From a candidate division WOR-3 bacterium (GTDB lineage Bacteria; Hydrothermota; Tepidihabitantia; Tepidihabitantales; Tepidihabitantaceae), in assembly GCA_965648905.1 (NCBI GenBank), contig CBFGIT010000053.1, positions 1 through 10,553 of the forward strand: a stretch of 10,553 nucleotides of DNA. Direction: 5' to 3'. The notes beneath the pieces are model-generated. The model had not been told where the DNA came from. It worked only from the letters and a program-made list of their open reading frames with translations, and made no database searches. The position numbers and the translations under genes are program-made. Of the stretch, positions 1 to 7,112 are shown piece after piece. Position 1 is the first letter of the stretch. Each line of letters begins with the position of its first letter.

Positions 1-1
1 C

Positions 2-82
2 GCTGAGGAAGAACTTGACCGCGCCTATCGGAGCAAGTATAAACCTGGCCGTCCACCAAAGGAGAAGTCCGATGCATCTTGA
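2..82 (+). CDS. possible 3' end of an upstream gene (partial, function unknown)
   Basis: Open frame from the window edge, AEEELDRAYRSKYKPGRPPKEKSDAS, ending at TGA 80-82. Too short to assign a function. Confidence 0.35.
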   Translation, partial: AEEELDRAYRSKYKPGRPPKEKSDAS

Positions 83-289
83 TACCAGCCCTAGCCGCTC
101 GGGTAGATCCAATTCTGAGGCAAGACGGCGGAAAGAAGGCGCTTTTCTGAGGCGTTAGAATAGGTGAATGAGTCGCACGCGCGTGCCGCCCAGCCGGACA
201 CGCTGGCGGCGGGGGCGGGAAGCGTGAGCGGTCAATGGACGCTGGTCGCCGGCCTGATTCGGACGCCGTCGCGGACGTCCGACCCTGCC

Positions 290-318
290 TTGACGGGGAT
301 GACTCTCCTTCCTAGAAT
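290..318 (+). promoter_or_regulatory. sigma70-type promoter of the TA operon
   Basis: TTGACG (290-295), 17 nt spacer, TAGAAT (313-318). The ATG at 327 lies 8 nt after the -10 box. Confidence 0.75.
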
Positions 319-326
319 GAAGAAGC

Positions 327-611
327 ATGAGCAAGTTGCTGGAGCAATACCGGGCCGACATCCTACGCATCGCCCGTTCACACGGCGCGCGGCGGATACG
401 CGTGTTCGGGTCGTTCGCCCGCGGTGAGGAACATCAGGACAGCGACCTGGACGTGCTGGTTGACCTCGAACCCGGCCGCGACCTGCTCGACATCGTGGCA
501 ATCAAGCAGGACTTGGAAGCTCTGCTCGGACGCAGGGTTGATGTCGTTACCGAGTCGGCGGTCAGTCCGTACGTCCGTGACGCGGTGCTTGCGGAAGCTG
601 CGGCGCTTTGA
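327..611 (+). CDS. mntA: minimal nucleotidyltransferase (MNT) antitoxin, MntA family
   Basis: 94 aa with the GSX10DXD motif (FGSFARGEEHQDSDLDVLV) and a C-terminal LLGRRVDVVT. Its stop overlaps the start of a HEPN gene (TTGA). Confidence 0.92.
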   Translation: MSKLLEQYRADILRIARSHGARRIRVFGSFARGEEHQDSDLDVLVDLEPGRDLLDIVAIKQDLEALLGRRVDVVTESAVSPYVRDAVLAEAAAL

Positions 612-943
612 AGTCTGACCGGACGTATCTGCTTCACATTCGAGACGCGATTGAGAGGATAGAGCAGTATGCGTCGCACGGCCACGAGGCCTTCCTGAAG
701 GAGTATCACTGGCAGGACGGGATCGTCCGCCAGCTTGAGATTATCGGCGAGGCGACCAAACACCTATCAGCAGAGTTCCGCAAGGCACACCCGCAGATCC
801 CCTGGCAGAGAATCGCCGGTTTGCGGGATGTGCTGATCCACGACTACATGGGAGTTGACTTGTCCGCGGTCTGGGAGATAGTCCAGAACCGTGTCCCGGA
901 GCTGAAGGCTCAGGTCTTGGCCGCGCTCAAAGAGACCGACTAG
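608..943 (+). CDS. hepT: HEPN / DUF86 ribonuclease toxin, HepT family
   Basis: 111 aa, TTG start. RX4HXY motif (RDVLIHDY), plus LEIIGEATK and PQIPWQRIAGLR typical of DUF86. Confidence 0.92.
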   Translation: MKSDRTYLLHIRDAIERIEQYASHGHEAFLKEYHWQDGIVRQLEIIGEATKHLSAEFRKAHPQIPWQRIAGLRDVLIHDYMGVDLSAVWEIVQNRVPELKAQVLAALKETD

Positions 944-1016
944 CGCGATCTTTCCCGGCTAAACTTGGTTACGGCAGGCAGGTTGAGTGCTGGCCGCGAG
1001 CAGTCAGCCGAGTGCG

Positions 1017-1108
1017 TCAGGCCTGCGCGGGGAACCAGTTGCGGGTCTTGAGGCAGATGCGGACGAGGAGGAGCATCATGGAGCCTCGATCAGGACGCCG
1101 AAGGCAGT
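1017..1108 (-). pseudogene. acr3: frameshifted remnant of an acr3 3' end
   Basis: Reads TAFGVLIEA(P, 1-nt deletion near 1080)MMLLLVRICLKTRNWFPAQA*. This matches the intact Acr3 C-terminus [24 protein letters not shown] at 18/24 residues (manual alignment). Confidence 0.85.
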
Positions 1109-1118
1109 TCGCTCTTGG

Positions 1119-1988
1119 CTAGCGAGCCAGTGGAACAAGCAGCACCGGCACTGGCGAGCGTCGGGCGACCTTGTTGCTGACTCCGCCGAGGAAGGCTTCG
1201 CCGATATGCCCCAATCCCTGCGAGCCCATCACCACGAGCGAGACGCCATTGCTGGTTGTCCGGTCGATGATCTCCCCGGCGACTGCGCCGTAGGGCACCT
1301 CGATGCTCACGTCCTTGGCCCCCTTTGCCAGCAGTTGGTCGCGTAGTCTTTCAAGCCGGGCCGTATCGATGGCGTTGAACTCGTCCAGCCGGTCCTTGAG
1401 ATGCCGGCCAACCACCTGGTCCTGAACGTGGAGCAGGGTCACCCGCTTGGCGCCGGACTCGACGATTCGCTCAACGTACGCGAAGGCGCATTCGGCATTG
1501 TCGGAAAAGTCGGTCGGATACAGGATGTGGCCGAGGGGGTCGCACGGCACGCCCTCACAGACGGTTGAGGCGCCTTCGGCGCGGAGCTTCATCTTCATCA
1601 GCAGCACCGGCTTGACGGCGCTCTGGATTACGGTGCCGGCAACGCTGCCGAGCAGGATTTCCCTGGCCAGGCTGTGGCCGTGCGAGCCGATGACGATAGC
1701 TGAACACTCCTTCTCAGCGGCAGCCCGGTTGATTTCAATGGCGGGAAGACCCAGCCGGAATTCAGCAGTGGCCTCGAGTCCGCACGCCGCAAGTGCGAGC
1801 CGTTGCTTCTCCAACTCCGGTGCGAGGAGGTCGGAAAGAGTGTTGGCCAGAGTGCCGACGTCGCGGATGTTCTGGCAGTGAACCAGCAACGCCTCCCGGG
1901 TTCCGAGCGGACGCAGACAGGAAACGGCCGCTATCAAGTGCTGCGATGCCGGGGAGAGGTCGGTCGCGACTAGAATACGCCTAAACAC
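1119..1988 (-). CDS. universal stress protein with two tandem USP domains
   Basis: Two USP starts ([19 protein letters not shown]) and two GSxG...LG(S/G)V...PVL motifs. GTG start with AAGGAG RBS, overlapping the acr3 stop by 8 nt. Confidence 0.9.
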   Translation of the reverse strand: MFRRILVATDLSPASQHLIAAVSCLRPLGTREALLVHCQNIRDVGTLANTLSDLLAPELEKQRLALAACGLEATAEFRLGLPAIEINRAAAEKECSAIVIGSHGHSLAREILLGSVAGTVIQSAVKPVLLMKMKLRAEGASTVCEGVPCDPLGHILYPTDFSDNAECAFAYVERIVESGAKRVTLLHVQDQVVGRHLKDRLDEFNAIDTARLERLRDQLLAKGAKDVSIEVPYGAVAGEIIDRTTSNGVSLVVMGSQGLGHIGEAFLGGVSNKVARRSPVPVLLVPLAR

Positions 1989-3207
1989 GGGCAGCTCCTT
2001 TCGAGACGGGAGAACCTGACGGGAACCAGGCCTGCGTCTTCAAACATATCTTCACGAGCATGAGCATTACCGGGACTTCAATGAGGACGCCGACGACCGT
2101 GGCGAGGGCGGCGCCGGAGGAGAGGCCGAAGAGCATCGTCGCGGTGGCGATGGCGACCTCGAAGTGGTTGGAGGCCCCGATCATCGCGGCCGGCGCCGCG
2201 TCGGCATACTTCAACTTGAGCACCTTTGCCAGGCCATAGCCGAGCCAGAAGATGAGGTTGGTCTGGATGAAGAGCGGGATGGCAATCCAGAGAATCGTGA
2301 GCGGGTTCGAGACGATGACTTCACCTTTGAACGAGAAAAGGAGAATGAGTGTGACGAGGAGCGCGATGGTGGTAATTGGCGTGAGCACGTGGAGGAACTT
2401 CGAGGTGAACCAGACCGGCCCTTTGGCGGCGATTATCCACTTCCGCGAGAGATAGCCGGCAACAAGCGGCAGGGCGACGTAGATGGCGATGGATAGAACG
2501 AGCGCCTGCCACGGCACCGGCAGCCGGCCCACGCCGAGCAGGAACCCGCCGAGCGGGCCGTAGAGCAGGAGCATGGTCAGGGAGTTGATGGCGACCATGA
2601 CGAGCGTCAGACCGTCGTTGCCCTTGGCGAGGTAGCCCCAGACCAGGACCATCGCCGTGCAGGGGGCGATACCGAGGAGGATTGCACCGGCAAGGTAGGA
2701 GCGCCAGAGTGGAATCTCCAGCATCTTCACGCCGTTCGCCATCACGACCTTGCCGACACCGTAGACAGCGCCCGGTTCGAGGTTGACCCCGAGCGGCAGT
2801 TTCACGAGGTCGACTGCGTCCTGGCCGATGAGGCCACGAAAGAGCACGCCGAGGAAGAGCATGGCGAGGACGTACATCGTGAAGGGCTTGATGGCCCAGT
2901 TCACGAAGAGGGTCAGCCCGACCGGCTTGCCGCTCTTGCCCGCCTTTATCACCTCGCCGAAGTCAATCTTCACCATGATGGGGTACATCATGAAGAAGAG
3001 GCAGACGGCAATCGGGATGGAGATGACCGGCGCGCCGTTGGTGTAGATGGCGATGCCGTCGAGCGCCTTTGCCAGTCCGGGCGCGAGCTTGCCGAGCAGG
3101 ATGCCCGCGCCGATGCAGGCGAGCACCCAGAGCGTCAGGTACTTCTCAAAGACGTTGAGACCTTTGGGTTTCTTCTCGATGCACGCTTCGGTGACCACCT
3201 GGTTCAT
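1981..3207 (-). CDS. acr3: ACR3-family arsenite efflux transporter
   Basis: 408 aa, highly hydrophobic. Motifs [37 protein letters not shown] (conserved Cys), [21 protein letters not shown]. Confidence 0.96.
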   Translation of the reverse strand: MNQVVTEACIEKKPKGLNVFEKYLTLWVLACIGAGILLGKLAPGLAKALDGIAIYTNGAPVISIPIAVCLFFMMYPIMVKIDFGEVIKAGKSGKPVGLTLFVNWAIKPFTMYVLAMLFLGVLFRGLIGQDAVDLVKLPLGVNLEPGAVYGVGKVVMANGVKMLEIPLWRSYLAGAILLGIAPCTAMVLVWGYLAKGNDGLTLVMVAINSLTMLLLYGPLGGFLLGVGRLPVPWQALVLSIAIYVALPLVAGYLSRKWIIAAKGPVWFTSKFLHVLTPITTIALLVTLILLFSFKGEVIVSNPLTILWIAIPLFIQTNLIFWLGYGLAKVLKLKYADAAPAAMIGASNHFEVAIATATMLFGLSSGAALATVVGVLIEVPVMLMLVKICLKTQAWFPSGSPVSKGAARV

Positions 3208-3263
3208 CCTACCTTTCCGTCGGGCGTTATGGTCCCGCCGACGAGTCTTGACTCTCTCTTCAT
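3204..3263 (-). pseudogene. 19-aa mini-ORF, a remnant of an ABC ATPase 3' end
   Basis: [19 protein letters not shown] versus the ATPase C-terminus [19 protein letters not shown] (12/19 identical). DNA 3213-3245 matches 3946-3978 at 29/33. Its TGA overlaps the acr3 ATG (ATGA), and AGAGG lies upstream. Confidence 0.8.
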
Positions 3264-3281
3264 GTCAAATCCTCTTGTCGT

Positions 3282-3298
3282 GCTGCCTCACGGGCAGC
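3282..3298 (-). promoter_or_regulatory. hairpin, candidate bacterial SECIS element
   Basis: On the - strand GCTGCC-CGTGA-GGCAGC starts 12 nt after the TGA of the redoxin ORF. The loop has G at position 2 followed by U, and no U-tract follows. Confidence 0.45.
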
Positions 3299-3310
3299 GT
3301 ACTACCTTCC

Positions 3311-3862
3311 TCAGCCAAGGTTCGTGCCCCGGGCATCAGGCTTTACCGATCCGGCCGGCAGGTTCAGACGCTGGGTCAGCGACGCGGCGACGTCGGCCCA
3401 AACCGGCGAACCGCGGTAAATGACCTGCCCGGCGGAGTCCAACAGCACGACATGGGGCACAAACCGCACATCCCAGTCCTGCTGGGTTCGTCGCGTGACA
3501 TCGTACACCACCGTCGCCCCGGCAATACCCTCTCCGTAGGCCTTGCGGACTTCAGGTTCGGGATCGCCGAGGTTCACGAACACGGTCGTGATTTCCATCA
3601 AGCTGAACGTGGCGGCGACCGACGGCAGCTCCTTGCTGGCGGAGGCCGAGAACGGGCACTTGGTGTCAGCGAAAGTCAGGAGCAGGCCCTTCTTGCCGCT
3701 GTATTCCGCCAGCGTCCGCGTCACTCCCTGCAGGTCCGGCAATCGTGTCCCGGTTAATAGCGCCGGTGTGTCCTGCAGCCTGGCTGCGGCCTTGGGCTGG
3801 GAGCCGCAGGCGGTGAGCAGTATGAGCGCGGACAGCGTGTACGCGATTGGCAGGATTCTCAT
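3311..3862 (-). CDS. redoxin (AhpC/TSA- or TlpA-like thioredoxin fold) lipoprotein; may extend to 3302 via Sec
   Basis: Lipobox LLTA-C, LPDLQGVTRTLAEYSGKKGLLLTF, a single-Cys active site (TKCPFS), cis-Pro region FVPHVVLLD, IYRG. GGAGGAG RBS. Confidence 0.85.
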   Translation of the reverse strand: MRILPIAYTLSALILLTACGSQPKAAARLQDTPALLTGTRLPDLQGVTRTLAEYSGKKGLLLTFADTKCPFSASASKELPSVAATFSLMEITTVFVNLGDPEPEVRKAYGEGIAGATVVYDVTRRTQQDWDVRFVPHVVLLDSAGQVIYRGSPVWADVAASLTQRLNLPAGSVKPDARGTNLG

Positions 3863-3930
3863 CAGGACTCCTCCACGATGCGATGCATCGTGGGAAACAG
3901 GCAGATGGCAATCGATGTGTCCATGGCCAT
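3862..3930 (-). pseudogene. acr3: 22-aa mini-ORF, a remnant of an acr3 N-terminal region
   Basis: MAMDTSIAICLFPTMHRIVEES* versus Acr3 [16 protein letters not shown] 3871-3914 matches 2971-3014 at 33/44 without gaps. Its TGA overlaps the redoxin ATG (TGATG). Confidence 0.7.
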
Positions 3931-3936
3931 GTCGGT

Positions 3937-4614
<678 letters not shown>

Positions 4615-4617
4615 GAG

Positions 4618-5835
4618 CTAGTTCTCCTGCAGTGCCGTGCTGGGGTCGAGCCGGGCCGCACGACGGGCCGGGAAGAAGCTGGCGAGAAGCGATATCACGA
4701 TGGATATGCCCAGCGCCCAGAGCAGCAGTATCGGCATCGGCAGCACCGGCACGTTGGCCAGTCTCGGGCCGATGGCAACCGCCAGCACCGTGCCCACGAT
4801 ATAGCCGCTCACGCCGCCGACCAGACCGAGCAGCAGCGCCTTGAGCAGGAACATGCTGAGCACGGCGCGCGAGCCCGCGCCCAGCGCCATCAGCGTGCCG
4901 ATTTCCCGCCGCCGCTCGAACACGTTGGCGTACATGTAGTTGGCGATGGTCGCGCCACCGATGAGGGCGATTATTGCGATGAAGATGAGGGACAGGCTCG
5001 CCATCATCTTGTTGGTCTTTATCTGGGTGTCAACGACTTGGGTGATGGTGACGACCTTGGCTTCGGGGAGCAGCTTGTTTATCTTCTGCACCAAGCCAGT
5101 GTTGATCGCATTGCAGCAACCGACGACCTCAATCGCGTTCACGACCGCGCCCTTGCCGGTCAGCTTCTGCACCGTGTGCAGGTGGCCGAAGATGCGCGAG
5201 TCATCAACCGTGCCGGTCGGGGGCAGCACCGCCGTGACGGCAAAGCTCTGGCCCAGCATCGCGAGCTTGTCCCCTTCATTCAGGTTGGCGGCGACGGCGA
5301 CATCGTTCCCGATCAGGACCTCGTCCTGCTTCAGGTCCTCAATGACCCGCTTGCGGGCGAGGCTTCCCCTGGCGGCTTCCGGCGAGAGCGGCGATTTGAC
5401 GACGGTCCCGCAGTTCTCGGGCCGGGCAAATATGCCAGCGCCCTGCCACGCCGCCTTGGCCTTGAACTCGTTCATGGGCAGAATGCCGGTGAGCGTGAAG
5501 CTGCGTCCCGCCACTTCGACCGGTGAGGACAGCCGCGGGGACAGGTTGTCCAACCCTTGGATGTCCGAGAGCATCAAGCGCTCAACGTACTCTTCCGGGA
5601 AGTCGTCTTCCTGCATGTCCGCGCTGTAGTAGTCCTGCAGCGTCGCCGACTTGGGTAGAATCAGGATGTTCGCGCCCAGGGCATCCAGCTCCCGGGCCAC
5701 GGCCTTCTGCGAGTAGTACGCTACGTTCCTGATGGCGACAATCGCGGTTATGCCGAGGAATATGGCGATAAAGCTCGTCGCCAACTGGTTCTTGCGCTCG
5801 AATATCTCGCGCCAGACTATCGTTCTGAGTTTCAC
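4618..5835 (-). CDS. ABC transporter permease, MacB/FtsX-like (type VII)
   Basis: One N-terminal TM, a large extracytoplasmic domain and three C-terminal TMs. Motifs LGANILILP, ERRREIGTLMALGA, PARRAARLDP. GTG start. Confidence 0.92.
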   Translation of the reverse strand: MKLRTIVWREIFERKNQLATSFIAIFLGITAIVAIRNVAYYSQKAVARELDALGANILILPKSATLQDYYSADMQEDDFPEEYVERLMLSDIQGLDNLSPRLSSPVEVAGRSFTLTGILPMNEFKAKAAWQGAGIFARPENCGTVVKSPLSPEAARGSLARKRVIEDLKQDEVLIGNDVAVAANLNEGDKLAMLGQSFAVTAVLPPTGTVDDSRIFGHLHTVQKLTGKGAVVNAIEVVGCCNAINTGLVQKINKLLPEAKVVTITQVVDTQIKTNKMMASLSLIFIAIIALIGGATIANYMYANVFERRREIGTLMALGAGSRAVLSMFLLKALLLGLVGGVSGYIVGTVLAVAIGPRLANVPVLPMPILLLWALGISIVISLLASFFPARRAARLDPSTALQEN

Positions 5836-5847
5836 GGGTGTTCTTCC

Positions 5848-6822
5848 TTACTTCCCTGTCGGCCCGCAGCCGCTCGGCGCGCAGCCGCCGCTGCCGCAGC
5901 CGCCGGATGTTGCTGCCGTCAACGTGGCGATCATCACATTCTTGTCGGTTGCGCCGGCATACTTCGCGAGGACCGCGCCGGGAGGAGCGAGGAACGCGGT
6001 GACAGCTTCGGTCGTCCCGGGGTCGATCTGGAGTTGCGCGAGGAACTTGGATTCCGCGGCGTCGGTCGGGTCAAGGCTCACAACCTCCGTGAACTTCGCA
6101 TAGCGAGCATCGGCCTTGAACGCGTTGACGCCCTTGAGTGCCGCCTCGTTGGAGGTCGTTGATGCGTTCTGCACGCAGACAAAGACCAACTTGCCTTCCT
6201 GCAAAGCCTTCAGGGATTTCTCCAAGCCCGGGCTGACGAATGCGCCGGAGAGCTGCTCCTCAGTGACCTTGCCCGGGAACCCGCCGGTAACCGCCCCGCT
6301 GGGACCAACCACCAAGGCCAGCGGCATCGGGGCCCGGTCGACCTGGAACTTGGCGACGATGTCCTTCTCGGCGGCGTCGGCTACATTCACGGTGATGGAA
6401 TGGGCCTTGAGCTTTGCCGCCGCGCCTGCGAAGACCTTCTTCATCGCCTGGGTCTCGTCATCGTCGTTGCGATAGAAGAGGACCAGCAGGTACTTGCCGG
6501 CCGCGGCCGCCCGGTCGAGGGCGGCAATGCCGGTCACTTTCTGCGCCAGCTTCGCCGGCGGTGCCGGCGACTCCGCGGATTCGGATGCAGTGCTGGCTGA
6601 TACCGCCTGGTCGGGGACCGATTGCAGTGCCGCTGAATCGACTGGCGCCGGTTGGACCTGCGCAACCGTGCCTGTATCAACGGGCTTTGCCGCCTCGGTT
6701 CGGGCCGGCCCTTGCTGACCGCAGCCGACCAGCATCAGTATCAGTGATGCTGGCACCACCATAGCCGCCAGCGATGCGCGCAGACCGGGATTGTTACGCC
6801 GAGAGAGTAGTCGGGTTACCAT
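5848..6822 (-). CDS. putative lipoprotein with two thioredoxin-like repeats and a Cys/Gly C-terminal tail
   Basis: Start moved to the ATG at 6822 (AAGGAG RBS). Basic N-terminus, hydrophobic stretch, lipobox LVG-C, Ala/Pro/Ser linker, two similar alpha/beta repeats, tail GGCGSGGCAPSGCG. The fold assignment is an inference. Confidence 0.75.
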   Translation of the reverse strand: MVTRLLSRRNNPGLRASLAAMVVPASLILMLVGCGQQGPARTEAAKPVDTGTVAQVQPAPVDSAALQSVPDQAVSASTASESAESPAPPAKLAQKVTGIAALDRAAAAGKYLLVLFYRNDDDETQAMKKVFAGAAAKLKAHSITVNVADAAEKDIVAKFQVDRAPMPLALVVGPSGAVTGGFPGKVTEEQLSGAFVSPGLEKSLKALQEGKLVFVCVQNASTTSNEAALKGVNAFKADARYAKFTEVVSLDPTDAAESKFLAQLQIDPGTTEAVTAFLAPPGAVLAKYAGATDKNVMIATLTAATSGGCGSGGCAPSGCGPTGK

Positions 6823-6870
6823 GTTGCTCCTTCGAATTGGCCGGATTGCCATTGCTTCTTCACTGAGTCT

Positions 6871-7101
6871 CTATCCACCGCAGCAGCCGGTGCCGCCTCC
6901 AGGGCTGCCGCAGCAGCCGCCGGGTTGTGGGACACTGCTACGCGAGCCGCCCAGGATGTTCACGGTCGTCATCGTGCGGCGAACGCGGCCTGAACCGCAG
7001 GCCGGGCACTTCACTTTCAGCCCGCGTTCATACTCGGCAACGCTCACCTGAACGTCGAACATCATCAGGCATTTCTCACATCGGTAGTCATAGGTAGGCA
7101 T
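6871..7101 (-). CDS. FmdB-family zinc-ribbon protein with a Cys-Cys tail
   Basis: MPTYDYRCEKC...CPACGS pattern and tail GGCCGSPGGGTGCCGG. AAGGAG RBS immediately after the arsA stop. Confidence 0.9.
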   Translation of the reverse strand: MPTYDYRCEKCLMMFDVQVSVAEYERGLKVKCPACGSGRVRRTMTTVNILGGSRSSVPQPGGCCGSPGGGTGCCGG

Positions 7102-7112
7102 ATGCGTCTCCT

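Noticed and set aside
2..150. GRPPK tail suggestive of a transposase C-terminus, and a weak dyad at 134-148
   Set aside because: Too little sequence. No terminal inverted repeats or catalytic motifs are visible, so no mobile element is called.
155..763. Alternative ORFs overlapping the TA pair (155-370, 164-427, 232-501, 424-618, 434-763)
   Set aside because: Arg/Pro-rich or antisense frames with no motifs. They conflict with mntA/hepT and their promoter.
3282..3298. Hairpin as an intrinsic terminator
   Set aside because: No U-tract follows on either strand and it lies mid-operon. Kept as a SECIS candidate instead.
5860..6925. Short GCAGCCG / CCGCAGCAGCCG repeats
   Set aside because: They simply encode the Gly-Cys tails. 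There is no regular spacing, so this is not a CRISPR array or tandem repeat.
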